Shown here one piece after another: positions 12,595-25,833 of a stretch of DNA of 64,000 nucleotides (position 1 is its first letter; every line of letters begins with the position of its first letter). Source of the DNA: Scyliorhinus canicula (taxonomy: Eukaryota); assembly GCF_902713615.1 (NCBI RefSeq), contig NW_024055479.1, positions 124,001-188,000 on the forward strand, read 5' to 3'. The translations under genes were made by a program, and so were the position numbers. Under the pieces are notes generated by a model. That model had not been told where the DNA came from. It made no database searches and saw only the letters and a list, made by a program, of their open reading frames with translations.

Positions 12595-12880
12595 TTCTTG
12601 GGCCAGTATTCATTGTCCATCTGCATATTATTGAGGCTTTGGTGTCACGTGCCGGTACCAGTGAAGGACGACAGATTTTCTTCCCTTAATAGATGAATGA
12701 ACCAAACGTTTTTGAATGTTAAGCGACAATGTTTTCATGGTTGGTCATCATTAGGCTTTTAATTCCAGATTTTTATTCAATTCACATTTCACCATTTGTT
12801 GCAGTAGAATTCGAGCCTAAGTCTCCAAACCATTAACCTGGTTCTCTGGACCAGCGACAATACCACAATGGCACGACCTC
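12595..12880 (-). mobile_element. SINE family C (SacSINE/DeuSINE-like body), decayed
   Basis: Reverse complement resembles 52230-52570 and 26708-26930. Confidence 0.55.
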
Positions 12881-12884
12881 GCAT

Positions 12885-13205
12885 CTATAGAACCATAGAA
12901 ACCCTTCAGTGCAGAAAATGGCCATTCGATCCATCGAGTCTGCACCGAATTTCTGAAAGAGCACACCACCTATACCTACTCCTCCACCCAAACCTCGTAA
13001 CCCTACCTAATCTGCACAGCTCTGAATACTAAGGGGCAATTTTAGCACGGCAAATCCATCTAACCTACACATCTTTGGACTCTGGAAAGAAACTTGAGCA
13101 CCCAGAGGAAACCCAAGCGACAGAAGGAGAAAGTACAAACTTCCACACAGACATTCATCCAAGCCCGGAATCGAACCCAGGTCCCTTGTGCTGTGTGGCA
13201 GCAGT
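12885..13205 (-). mobile_element. HE1-like SINE
   Basis: tRNA-like head, GGATTGGCCATGCTAAATTGCCC-like body and CR1-derived tail on the minus strand. Confidence 0.8.
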
Positions 13206-13893
13206 TTTGACATGTTTAGTCTTAGACTTTAATCTTTAGACTGATGAATGATTTTAGATGAAGTCCGGGGCCTGCAGCAGAAGATGTCCCTCAGCAATTA
13301 GCGACAATGGTTTTATAGACATTTGAATGAGAGGAAAGCCAATTTTGTTGAACACAGGTCACTCCAGTACTTTGGGGAAAGTATTGCTAACAATGTTGGT
13401 ATTACACAGAGCTTTTTTCTCATTTCATAAGTCGTTTGAACACGTTTTTACCTCCCATGCCGTCATGTCATTGCTTTAACTCCTATTGATTCTGTGCCAG
13501 TAAATGCTAAACTTTACAATGTGTATTTTCATATTTCACTTGATCAGGTTTTAATTACAGTAGGCCCTGGTTCAATTATGACTGTACTAGATCGCGTATC
13601 AGTTCGCATTACATTGGGCCACTTCTCTGGTGTATTTGCACTAGCATCTGTCACCTTATTTTTTTCGTGAGGACACGCCTCTCTGTAAATTTTGGTATGC
13701 CTTTTCTGTAATTACTCCGATTGTCATTGTTTGCATTGGGGACGAACCCGGATCAGTTATGACTCCAATTGACATCAGCTAGGCCAGGTCTTAGATTTTA
13801 ATGCCGTTAAGTATGTTTCAGTTATTACACACAAGGCTGATTGCTTTATTAGTGGACCCGGCTGTGTCTAGAATGATATGAGAGTCGATTCCT

Positions 13894-15667
13894 ATTTTAA
13901 TAATGGGAGATGGGGAAATGGCTGAGTAGCTGAACAGGTTTTTTGGGTCGGTCTTCACAGTGGAAGACACAAATAACATGCCAGTGACTGATAGAAATGA
14001 GGCTATGACAGGTGAGGACCTTGAGAGGATTGTTATCACTAAGGAGGTAGTGATGGGCAAGATAATGGGGCTAAAGGTAGACAAGTCTCCTGGCCCTGAT
14101 GGAATGCATCCCAGAGTGCTAAAAGAGATGGCTAGGGAAATTGCAGATGCACTAGTGATGATTTACCAAAATTCACTAGACTCTGGGGTGGTCCTGGTGG
14201 ATTGGAAATTAGCAAACGTGACACCACTGTTTAAAAAAGGAGGTAGGCAGAGAGCGGGAAATTATAGGCCAGTGAGGTTAACTTCGGTAGTAGGGAAGAT
14301 GCTGGAATCGATCATCAAGGAAGAAATAGCGAGGCATCTGGATAGAAATTGTCCCATTGGACAGCCGCAGCATGGGTGCATAAAGGGCAGGTCGTGCCTA
14401 ACTAATTTAGTGGAATTTTTTGAGGACATTACCAGTGCAGTAGATAACGGGGAGCCAATGGATGTGGTATATCTGGATTTCAAGAAAGCCCTTGACAAGG
14501 TGCCACACAAAAGGTTGCTGCATAAGATAAATATGCATGGCATTAAGGGTAAAGTAGTAGGATGGATAGAGGATTGGTTAATTAATAGAAAGCAATGAGT
14601 GGGGATTAATGGGTGTTTCTCTGGTTGGCAATCAGTAGCTAGTGGTGTCCCTCAGGGTTCCGTGTTGGGCCCACAATTGTTCACAATTTGCATAGATGAT
14701 TTGGAGTTGGGGACCAAGGGCAATGTGTCCAGGTTTGCAGATGACACTAAGATTAGTGGTAAAGCGAAAAGGGCAGAGGATACTGGAAGTCTGCAGAGGG
14801 ATTTGGGTAGGTTAAGTGAATGGGCTCGGGTCTGGCAGATGGAATACAATGTTGACAAATGTGAGGTTATCCATTTTGGTAGGAATAACAGCAAACGGGA
14901 TTATTATTTAAACGATAAAATATTAAAGCATGCTGCTGTGCAGAGAGACCTGGGTGTGCTAGTGCATGAATCACAGAAAGCTGGTTTACAGGTGCAACAG
15001 GTGATTAAGAAGGCAAATTGAATTTTATCCTTCATTGCTGGAGGGATGGAGTTTAAGACTAGGGAGGTTATGCTGCAATTGTATAAGGTGTTAGTGAGGC
15101 CACACCTGGAGTATTGTGTTCAGTGTTGGTCTCCTTACTTGAGAAAGGACATACTGGCACTGAACGATGTGAAGAGGAGATTCACTAGTTTAATCCCAGA
15201 GCTGAAGGGATTGGATTACGAGGAGAGGTTGAGTAGACTGGGACTGTACTCGTTGGAATTTAGAAGGATGAGGTAGGGTCTTATAGTAACATATAAAATT
15301 ATTAAGGGAATAGATAGGATAGATGCGGACAGGTTGTTTCCGCTGGTGGGTGAAAGCAGAACTAGGGGGCATAGCCTCCAAATAAGGGGAAGTAGATTTA
15401 GGACTGAGTTTAGGGGGAACTTCTTCACCCAAAGGGTTGTGAACCTATGGAATTCCTTGCCCAGTGAAGCAGTTGAGGCTCCTTCATTGAATATTTTAAA
15501 GATAAAGATAGATAGCTTTTGAAGAATAACGCGATTAAGGGTTATGGTGTTCGGGCCGGAAAGTGGAGCTGAGTCCACAAAAAATCAGCCATGATCTCAT
15601 TGAATGGTGTAGCAGGCTCGAGGGGCCAGATGGCCTACTCCTGCTCCTAGTTCTAATGTTCTTATTC
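13894..15667 (+). mobile_element. CR1 LINE, RT domain to 3' end, few disruptions
   Basis: DKSPGPDG, GNYRPVRLTSVVGK, RSCLTNLVEFF, YLDFKKALDKVPH, GVPQGSVLGP, FADDTK, NFFTQRVVNLWNSLP; tail TCCTAGTTCTAATGTTCTTAT. Confidence 0.93.
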
Positions 15668-16254
15668 TCTTCCTGTTGATTCTGTGTCAGAACGCAAATC
15701 TTTGTAGGTGTGTCTTGCAGGTGTGTCTTGGTCCTGCAGTACGTAATAGTGCACTAGCTCCTCAGCATTTATCATTTTTGAGGCCCTGCCCAGTTACTGG
15801 TGCATTAGACTCTATCTCTGATCACATTACATGAAATCCCACCGCTGCTTCATTACACTAGATTATGTCCTGTATATTACATTACACCATTCAACTGTTT
15901 ATATCACTCTACTTCTATCTCAGTTGTTCGCAAATTAACTCTGTAGCTTTGACACAAATCTCTGACTTAGTTTTTTGTGCACTGGAATATTTTCAATTTT
16001 TTTAATTAAGACTTGGCCTTGCTTCTGATTCTTTGACAGTAGAGAACGTCTCAATTTCTATTATACTGACTCTTGACTTAGGAATTATTTCATTGGACGA
16101 TTTGCCGCTGTTCTCTATGCATCATGTCTCTCTCTCTAGTGTTCCACGGTGACCGTGTTTTTTCTCAATGCCCCGTTTCTACCAACGTGTCCGCTTATAT
16201 TGCATTAGACCATATCTTACTTATTGGCAAGGTAAGATAATGCTTTTGTTTACA

Positions 16255-16560
16255 TAATAATAATACTAATCTTTATTAGTGTCACAAGTATATTTTCATT
16301 AACACTGCAATGAAGTTACTGTGAATATCTCTTAGTCGCCAAACCCCGGCGTTGGGGTACACTGAGGGAGAATTCAAAATGTCCAATGCACCTAACAAGT
16401 ATGTCTTTAGGGACTGTGGGAGAAAAGAGCACCCAGAGGAAACCCACACAGACACGAGGAGAATGTGCAGACTCCACACAGACAGTGACCCAAGTCGGGA
16501 ATCGAACCTGGGACCTTGCACAGTGACGCAACAATGCGAACCACTGTGCTACCGTGCCGA
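16255..16560 (-). mobile_element. SINE with HE1-like head and family-B-like tail
   Basis: Same structure as 8800-9097. Confidence 0.8.
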
Positions 16561-16894
16561 CGTGAATCATTTCATATTTATCGGGTCCCTGATTGCTCGT
16601 ATTCATTTCCATGTTTTTTGACACTAAATTCTGTACCTGTTATTACTGCACGAAATAAAAAACTAAACCCGTCCCTCCCACGTGTCAGTTATTTCTGCAC
16701 TAAACCATGCCCTCGCCGATAATGGATAAGATTCTGAAAGTTTTGCCAATTATAATACCCTGGAACCTGACGCAGTCTAGATTATGTTTTATTTTTAAGT
16801 TATCGCTTCACTCAATCACACCCACGGTAACTTTAAGACCTTTCGGAGGGGTGGATGGGGGAGCAGAGTGAAGGTCACAGGATTAATGACGTGG

Positions 16895-17420
16895 AAACGG
16901 ATATCGTGGATTGGAGTTGTTTGTTTTTGTAATGTGTACAGTGAAAAGTATTTGTCTGCGTGCAGTTCAAACAGAACATTTGTACATGAAAGGAAAATAC
17001 CTAAAAGGGCAACACAAGGTACGCAATGTAAATGCAGACACTGGCATCTGGTGAAGCATAGAGGAGTGTAGTATTAATCAGGTCAGTCCGTAAGAGGGAC
17101 GTTCAGGAGTCTGGTAACAGCGGAACCAAGCTGTTTTTGAATCTGTTTGTGCGTGTTCTCTTTTGTATCTCCTGCCTGATGGAAGAAATTGGAAGAGTGA
17201 GTAAGTCATGTGGGAGGGGTCTTTGATTATACTGCCGACTTTCCCAAGGCAGTAGGAGGTATAGATGGAGTCAATGGATGGGATGTGGGTTCGTGTGATG
17301 GACTGGGCTGTGTTCACGACTCTCTAAAGTTTCTTGCGGTCTTGGGCCGAGCAGTTGCCATACCAGACTGTGATGCAGCCAGAGAGGATGCTTTCTATAG
17401 TGCACTTGTCAAGTTAGTGT
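16895..17420 (-). mobile_element. Rex1/Babar-like LINE 3' fragment
   Basis: NTAQSITRTHIPSIDSIYTSYCLGKVGSIIKDPSH...LPSGRRY. Confidence 0.7.
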
Positions 17421-17460
17421 GAAACTTTCCGAAGAGCAGCAAGTGTTTCATTCTTTCCCA

Positions 17461-17665
17461 AGCAGGGGCTGGTTTAGCTCTCTAGCAGGGGCTGGTTTAG
17501 CTCTCTCAGCTAAATCGCTGGCTTTTAAAGCAGACCAAGCAGGCCAGCAGCACGGTTTGATTCCCGTACCAGCCTCCCCGGACAGGCGCCGGAATGTGGC
17601 GACTAGGGGCTTTTCACAGTAACTTCATTGAAGCCTACTCGTGACAATAAGCGAATTTCATTTCA
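17461..17665 (+). mobile_element. SINE family B with tandemly duplicated 23-nt head
   Basis: AGCAGGGGCTGGTTTAGCTCTCT twice (17461-17483, 17484-17506), then the normal body and tail. Confidence 0.85.
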
Positions 17666-18159
17666 TATGTATTCCAGTCAAGACCTTGGTGTGCAGGGCG
17701 CATATTCTAAATGTTCAGATGATACAGAATTTGTAATGCAGCCTGTCATGATCGCAGTGTAGAATTTCAAAGGAACATAGGCAGGTTGCTGCAATGGTAG
17801 GGAAAGGGACATATTACATTGTAAGCAGATATATGCAAAGGTTTTGCAGAACTAACGAAGAAAACAACATAGAATCAATTGTGCAATTGCAAAGATCTCA
17901 TCCTCAACAATATGCCTGCTGGAGATGCATCTGTCCATGACAGTATCGGTAGAAGTGACCACCGCACAGTCCTTGTCTAAGACCCGACTTTGTGGTGTGT
18001 GGCATTACCACTGTGCTAAGTGGGATGGACTTCAAACAGATCTAGCAATTCAAGACTGGGCCTCCATGAGGTGCTGTGGACCATCAGCAGCAGCAGATTT
18101 GTATTCAACCACAATCTGAAACCTCATGGTACGGCATATTCCCACTCTACCATTACCAC

Positions 18160-18870
18160 GATTGGATTGGATTTGATTGGATTTGTTTATTGTCACGTGT
18201 ACCGAGGTACAGTGAAAAGTATTTTTCTGCAAGCAGCTCAACAGATCATTCAGTACATGGAAGAAAAGGGAATTAAACAAAATTCAAGAAAATACAAGAA
18301 AATACATAATAGGGCAACACAAGATATACAATGTAACTACATACGCATTGGCATCGGATGAAGCATACGGTGTGTAGTGTTAATGAGGTCAGTTAATAAG
18401 AGGGTCATTTAGGAGTCTGGTGACAGTGGGGAAGAAGCTGTTTTTGAGTCTGTTTGTGCGTGTTCTCAGACTTCTGTTTCTCCTGCCCGATGGAAGAAGT
18501 TGGAAAATGGAGTAAGCCGGGTGGGAGGGATCCTTGATTATGCTGCCCGCTTTCCCCCGGCAGCGGTAGGTGTAGATGGAGTCCATGGATGGGAGGCAGG
18601 TTTGTGTGATGGACTGGGCGGTATTTCACGACCCTCTGAAGTTCCTTGCGTTCCTGGGCCGTGCAGTTGCCATACCAGGCTGTGATGCAGTCCGATAGGA
18701 TGCTTTCTATAGTGCATCTGTAAAAGTTGGTAAGGGTTAATGTGGACATGCCGAATTTCCTTAGTTTCCTGAGGAAGTATAGGCGCTGTTGTGATTTCTT
18801 GGTGATAGCGTTGACGTGAGTGGACAAGGACAGATTTTTGGTGATGTGCACCCCTAGGATTTTGAAACTG
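18160..18870 (-). mobile_element. Rex1/Babar-like LINE 3' fragment with (CCAAT)n tail
   Basis: KKSQQRLYFLRKLRKFGMSTLTLTNFYRCTIESILSDCITAWYGNC; GATTG repeats at 18161-18183 form the tail. Confidence 0.75.
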
Positions 18871-21230
18871 AAGCCAGGGGATCAACGCAGGTTCAGTAGT
18901 GTGCAGGCTAGCATGCCAGGAGCAACACCAGGCATACCTAAAATTACTACAATACAGGGCTAATTATGTGTCAAACAGCATAAGGAATAATTAATAGACA
19001 GGGCTAAGCAATTCGAGAACCAACGGATCAACTCTAACCCCGAGAGTCTTGTCACAATTCAGCAGTGAATGGTGGTGGACAATTAAACAACTCACTGGCG
19101 GAGGAGGCTCCACAAATATCCCCAATCCCAATGGTGGACGAGTCCAGCACATCTGTGCAAAAGACAAGATCAAAGAATTCACAGCAATCTTCAGCCAGAA
19201 GTGCCGTGTGGATGATCCATCTCGGTCTCATCCGGAGCTCCCCAGCATCACAAATGCCAGTCTTCAGCCAATACAACTCACTCCACATTATATCAAGAAA
19301 CGGCTGAAGGCACTGGATACTGACTGCAAAGGCTATGGGCCCTGACAATATTCCAGCAATAGTACTGAGGACTTGTGCTCCAGAACTTGCCGCAGCCCCA
19401 GCTAACGTGCTCCAGCCCAGCTATAACACTGGCATCTACCCGGCAATGTGGAATACTGCCCAGTTGTGTCCTGTATACAAGAAACAGGACAAATCCACCC
19501 AACTAATTACTGCCCTATCGGTGTACTCTCCATCATCAGCAAAACGATGGAAGGACTCATCCACAGTGCTATCAAACGGCACTTGCTCAGCAATAACCTG
19601 CTCATGGAGGCACAGTTTGAGTTTCGCCACGATCACGCAGCTCCTGACCTCATTACAGCCTTTGTTAAAACACGGGCAAAATAACTGAATGTCAGAGGTA
19701 AGGTGAAAGTGACTGCCCTTGACATCAAGGCAGCATTTAACCGATTATGGCATCAAGGAGTGCTGGCAAAACTGGGGTCAATCTGAATCAGGGGAAAATA
19801 ATCTCCTCTGGTTGGAGTTATACCTGGCACAAAGGAAGATGGTTGTGGTTGCTGGAGATCACTTATCCCAGCTCCTGAACATTATTGCAGCAGTTCCTCA
19901 GGGCAGTGTTCTAGACAATCTTCCACTATTTCATCAATGACCTCCCTCCCAGCATAAGATCAGAAGTGGGGATGATCACAGTATTCAGCACCATTCGTGA
20001 CTCCTCAGATAATGAAGCAGAAAATGCAGACAATACTCAGGTTTGGGCTGACAAGTGGGAAACCTCACTCCACACAAGTGACAGGCAATGACCATCTCAT
20101 ACAACAGAGGATCTAACCATCGGCCTTGACGTTCAATGGCATTACCATCGGTGCCACCCCCGTAATCAATACCCTGGGGCTACCATTGATGAGAAACTGT
20201 GGCTACCAGAGCAAGTCCAAGGCTAGGAATCTGATGGAGAGGAACTCACTTCCTGTCGCCCGAAAATCTGTCCACAATCTACAAGGCACAAATCAGGAGT
20301 GCAATTCAATGCTCTCCACTTTCCTGGATGAGTGAAGGTCCAAAAACACTCCAAAAGCTCGACACCATCCAGGAAAAAGCAATCCACTCGATTTTAAGCC
20401 CTTGCACAAATATTCAATCCATCCACCACCGACGAACAGTGGAAGCCATGCGTACCATTTACCAGCTGCATTTTTGGAAATTACCATGGTTTCTTAGGCA
20501 GCACCTTCCAAACCCAGGACTACTGCCACCTAGAAGGACAACAGAAGCAGAGACGTGGGAACCCCTCCATCTGGAGTTTCTCCTCTATGTCACTCACCAT
20601 CTCAACTTGGAAACATTGGATTGGATTAGTTGATTGCCACGTTTACCGAGATACAGTGGAAAGTATTGTCCCGCGTACAGTGCTGACAGATCATTCCGTA
20701 CATGAAAAGAAAATACATAATATGGAAAGCATAAAATACACAATGTAAATACATAGTCACAGGCATTGGATGAAGCATACTGGAGTGCAGTACTCCTCAG
20801 TACAGGTTAGGTGGATTGGCCAGGCTAAATTGCCCTTAGTGTCCGAATAAATAAGGTCAATGGGGGTTGTTGGGTTAGTGGTAAAGGGTGGATACGTGGG
20901 CGTGAGTAGGGTGATCATTGCTCGGCACAACATCGAGGGCCGAAGGGCCTGTTCTGTGCTGTACTGTTCTATGTTCTATGTTCTAGATCAGATCAGTCCA
21001 TAAATCCAGCAGTCCATAAGAGGCTCGTTTCGGATACATCGCTGTTTCTTCACTATTCCTGGATCAAAATCCTCGAACCTCTTCCCCAACAGCATTGTTG
21101 GTGTAACTGCACCTCAGGGACTTCAGCGGTTCAAGAAGGTAACTCACCAACACCTAGTGGATGGCAAATAGGGATGGGCAATTAATGCTGGCCCAGCCAG
21201 AGACACCCACATCCCCTAAATTAATAAAAA
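18871..21230 (+). mobile_element. L2/CR1-group LINE (RT to 3' end), interrupted at about 20616-21000
   Basis: GPDNIPAIVLRTCAPELA, NYCPIGVLSIISK, LDIKAAF, VPQGSVL; tail shared with about 11600 and 41370. Confidence 0.75.
20800..20985 (+). mobile_element. HE1-like SINE 3' half
   Basis: GGTTAGGTGGATTGGCC...GGGCCGAAGGGCCTGTTCTGTGCTGTACTG(TTCTATG)n. Confidence 0.85.
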
Positions 21231-21384
21231 CGGGTAGTGCAGTCATATAATTACTAGGTTAGCAATCCAGAGGCCTGAATCAAGGCTCTGGAGAGAGAAA
21301 TTCAAATTACACAACGGCAACTTGGGGCATTTCAATTCACTAATTTAATAAATCGGAAATAAAATTGTTTGTATCATTTTTTAA

Positions 21385-22745
21385 AAAATGTTTTTTATTC
21401 AGTCTTCATGTTTTATATTGAACAAATTACAAATTGTTAGAGAGAGAAAAAAAAGAAAAAGAACACGGAAAAATTAACATATATATTTACAGGTAAGCAT
21501 CTTCGTAATAATAGCTGTGGCCGCTCCCCTTTAGCCGGCTGGTTTAGCTCACCAGGCTAAATCGCTGGCTTTTAAAGCAGACCAAGCAGGCCAGCAGCAC
21601 GGTTCGATTCCCGTACCAGCCTCCCCGGACAGGCGCCGGAATGTGGCGACTAGGGGCTTTTCACAGTAACTTCATTGAAGCCTACTCGTGACAATAAGCG
21701 ATTTTCATTTCATATTTTACATTCCCCAATATGGCCGAGGCACATGTTTATAGGCATTTATTTACAGTTTGGTTTTGGGCCTTAGCTAGCCATCAAACCC
21801 CCATAACGAACCCGTAGCCCCCCCCCCCCCCCCGGGCAACCTTCCCCCGATTCCCATCCATTTTCCCCCTGATTCTTGGCCACCCGACTATTCTTCCTCT
21901 TGTTCGTTGGCCACAAACAGGTCCCGGAACAATTGCATGAATGGCTCCCACGTTCTGTGGAAGCCGTCGTCTGACCCTCGGATGGCGAATTTGATTTTCT
22001 CCATTTGGAGAGATTCCGAGAGGTCGGACAGCCAGTCTGCAGCTCTGGGCGGTGCTGCTGACCGCCAGCCAAACAGGATTCTACGGCGGGCGATCAGGGA
22101 GGCAAAGGCAAGGGCGTCCGTCCTCCTCCCCAGGAATAGATCTGGCTGGTCTGAAACCCCGAAGACCACCACTATTGGGCATGGCTCCACCCTCACCCCC
22201 ACCACTTTGGACATAGCCTCGAAGAAGGCTGTCCAGTGCTCCACAAGTCTGGGGTAAGACCAGAACATGTGGGCGTGGTTGGCCGGGCCTCTTTGGCACC
22301 GTTCGCATCTGTCCTCCACCTCCGGGAAGAACCTGCTCATACGGTTTCTTGTTAAGTGGGCTCTATGTACCACTTTTAGTTGCGTCAGGCTGAGCCTTGC
22401 GCACGTGGAGGTCGAGTTGACCCTATGTAGTGCTTCGCTCCAGAGTCCCTACCCTATCTCCAATCCCAGGTCGTCCTCCCATTTCCTCTTGTTGCGCCCA
22501 GTACGGTGTTGTCCCTTTCTACCAGTCGGTCATACAAGTCGCTACAGTTCCCTTTCTCTCGGATACTTGCGTCCAGTAGGTCTTCCAGTAGTGTCTGTCA
22601 TGGCGGTTGTGGGTACGTCCTTGTCTCCTTTCGTAGGAAGTTTGTGAGCTGGAGGTACCGCAGCTCGTTCCCCCCAGCTAGCCGAAATTTCTCTGTCAGC
22701 TCGGCCAGTGTTGCGATCCTGTCGTCCGTGTATAGGTCTATTGTT
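21385..22745 (-). mobile_element. L1/Tx1-like LINE 3' part
   Basis: VHRAHLTRNRMSRFFPEVEDRCERCQRGPANHAHMFW (C-terminal CCHC-type zinc knuckle); T-rich tail near 21390. Confidence 0.8.
21536..21712 (+). mobile_element. SINE family B inserted in the L1 3' region
   Basis: Nearly identical to 17484-17665. Confidence 0.9.
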
Positions 22746-22825
22746 TGCATCATTAATGACAATCTAAAAACGACCGAAATTTAGTCACCGCCCATCTGGT
22801 TCATTAACACCCTTCGGGAGACAAG

Positions 22826-23171
22826 ATAGAACATAGAACATAGAACAGTACAGCACAGAAAGGCCCTTCGGCCCTCGATGTTGTGCCGAGCAATGATCAC
22901 CCCACTCAAACCCACCCTATACCCGTAACCCAACAACACCCCCCCCTTAACCTTACTTTTTTTTTGGACACTACGGGCAATTTAGCATGACCAATCCACC
23001 TAACCCGCACATCTTTGGACTGTGGGAGGAAACCGAAGCACCCGGAGGAAACCCACGCACACACGGGGAGGACGTGCAGACTCCGCACAGACAGTGACCC
23101 AGCCGGGAATCGAACCTGGGACCCTGGAGCTGTGAAGCATTTATGCTAACCACCATTCTACCGTGCGGCCC
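22826..23171 (-). mobile_element. HE1-like SINE, full length
   Basis: Reverse complement nearly identical to 57492-57850 and 61542-61888. Confidence 0.9.
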
Positions 23172-23789
23172 TGATATTCTTTCTTTAACCGGTCTGTCCT
23201 ACATGTGACTGTGAAATTTCTGAGCAAGCCATTTAATTTAATCGAAGCTGCAATAGAAAGGCAAACCCAATTAAAACCAACCGATGTGCGAGTTTTCATA
23301 AAGATGATTCACGAGCGCCTTTTCAGAATGGACAATTAATGCTGACTTTCGCCTCTGCCCTTCCCGCCTGCACGGCACTCCACCAGCCCTGTGGTGGTGG
23401 CGGCCCTGAGAGTCTGGGGGCAATGGAGGAAGCATGTGGAAGCAGAGGGAGCATCCATCTGGTCTCCAATCTGCAATAATCATCGGTTTGCCCCAGGGAG
23501 GCTGGATGGATGGTTTTGGAGATGGCAAAGAGCAGGGAACGAGAGGATGGGAGATCTGTTTATACAGGAGAGTTTTCCCAGCCTGAGGGAGTTGGAGGAA
23601 AAATTTGAATTGACGGGAGAGAATGAGTTTAGGTACCGAAAGGCACAGGAATACGCAGACAGGTCTCAACTTTCCCGCTCCTACCACCCAAAGGGATACA
23701 GGACAGGGTAGTTTCCAGAGTATCGGTGGGAGAAGAAGGGTTTCGGACATTTATAAAGAACTCATGGGGTCAGAGAAAATGAAAAAAAA

Positions 23790-23905
23790 ATGAAATGAAA
23801 TGAAATGAAAATCGCTTATTGTCACAAGTAGGCTTCCAATGAAGCTACTGTGAAAAGCCCCTAGTCGCCACATTCCGGCGCCTGTTCGGGGAGGCTGTTA
23901 TGGGA
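23790..23905 (-). mobile_element. SINE family B, 3' half
   Basis: (TGAAA)n tail plus body on the minus strand. Confidence 0.85.
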
Positions 23906-23983
23906 AACGCAGGCCAAGGAGCAGAAACGCAAATGTGAGGAGGAGTTAGGAGGAGAGACGGAGGATGGCCTCTGGGTGGATGC

Positions 23984-24150
23984 ACACTGGGCTAAATCGC
24001 TGGCTTTTAAAGCAGGCCATGCAGGCCAGCAGCACGGTTCGATTCCTGTACCAGCCTCCCCGGACAGGCGCCGGAATGTGGCGACTAGGGGCTTTTCACA
24101 GCAACTTCCTTGAAGCCTACTCGCGACAATAAGCGAGTTTCATTTCATTT
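23984..24150 (+). mobile_element. SINE family B
   Basis: CTGGGCTAAATCGCTGGCTTTTAAAGCAG...(CATTT)n. Confidence 0.85.
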
Positions 24151-25117
24151 CAACATGTCCCAGGTTCAGGCTGATACAATTTAAGGTCGTTCACGCAGCC
24201 CACATGACAGTGGCCCGGTTGAGCAGGTTCTTTGGGGTAGAAGACAGGTGTGCAAGGTATACAGGCGGACCAGCAAACATGTCCATGTGTTCTGGGAATG
24301 CCAGAAGCTTAGAAGATTCTGACAGGGGTTTGTGGATGTTTGTGGATTTTCACGGTGTTAAAAACAAGGGTTGCACCGAGTCCAGCGGTGGCGATTTCGG
24401 TGGCGATTTTCAGAGTGTCGGAAGACCCGGGAATCCAGGAGGAGAAAGAGGCAGACGTTCTGGCCTTTGCCTCCCTGGTAGCCAGAAGACGGATATTATT
24501 AGCTTGGAGGGACCCAAAGCACCCAAAGTCAGAGACCTGGCTATGGGACATGGCTAACTTTCTGTGTTTGGAGAAAATCAAGTTCGCCTTGAGAGGGTCA
24601 ATGTTAGGGTTCCTGGAGGTGGCAGCCGTTCGTCGACTTCTTTTGGGGAAATTAACTGTCAACAGAAAGGGGGCGGGGTTAGGGTCTAGCTTTGTTTAGA
24701 TTAGTTTGTAAGAAAGGTGGGACCTGTGAGGAAGGAAGACGGCCTTTGCACTATGTTTATATTTTTGTATGTACATTGTTTCTTCTTTTATTGTAATAAA
24801 ATTATAAATACCTCAATAAAATGTTTATAAATAAGTAAAAGAATAATGCTGACATTGTCAGTGATGCTCATGATCCCTTTTCGGAATAAAAACAATGCAT
24901 AGTACTGCGGATTTGGGTAATCTAAAACAAAAACAACAAAAGAAGCCTCCACACCAGGCCAGTGAGCACCAGCCCAGAGAGAAACCAATTCACTTTTCAT
25001 GTGGATGACCAGTTACAAAATCTCATTGATATGATTCTAAAGCGCAGGCCTGTCCTCCAGAGTATCCTAAACCATTGTGCATTCTTCAACTAAAATCACA
25101 GATTAGCTGGTCATTCA

Positions 25118-25833
25118 GAATTATAGAATTTACAGTGCAGAAGGAGGCCATTTGGCCCATCGAGTCTGCACCGGCTCCTGGAAAGAACACCCTATCCAAG
25201 GTCAATACCTCTACGCAATCCCCATAACCCAGTAACCGCACCAAACACTATCATAGATATCATAGAATTTACAGTGCAGAAGGAGGGCATTCGGCCCATC
25301 GAGTCTGCACCGGCTCTTGGAAAGAGCACCCTACCCAAGGTCAACACCTCAACCCTATCCCCATAACCCAGCAACCCCACCCAACACTAAGGGCAATTTT
25401 GGACACTAAGGGCAATGTATCATGGCCAATCCACCTAACCTGCACATCTTTGGACTGTGGGAGGAAACCGGAGCACCCGGAGGAAACCCACGCACACACG
25501 GGGAGGATGTGCAGACTCCGCACAGACAGTGACCCAAGCCGGAATCGAATCTGGGACCCTGGAGCTGTGAAGCAATTGTGCTATCCACAAGGCTACCGTG
25601 CTGCCCACTTTTTTTTCTTTCTTTTTTTGGACATGAAGGGCAATTTATCATGGCCAATCCACATAACCTGCACATCTTTGGACTGTGGGAGGAAATTGGA
25701 GCACCCGGAGGACACCCACAAACACACGGGGAGGATGTGCAGACTCCGCACAGACAGCGACCCAAGCCGGAATAGAACCTGGGACCCCGGAGCTGTGAAG
25801 CAATTGTGCTATCCACAATGCTACAGTGCTGCC
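25118..25833 (-). mobile_element. Head-to-tail array of three HE1-like SINE units (head+body, full, tail-only)
   Basis: Units at about 25607-25833, 25251-25606 and 25118-25250 share long near-identical blocks. Confidence 0.85.

Larger units (their letters stand above)
23375..24830 (+). mobile_element. L1/Tx1-like LINE 3' part, interrupted by two SINEs
   Basis: ALRVWGQWRK, RFFGVEDRCARYTGGPAN, LAFASLVARRRILLAW; AATAAA/A-rich end near 24815-24835. Confidence 0.8.
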
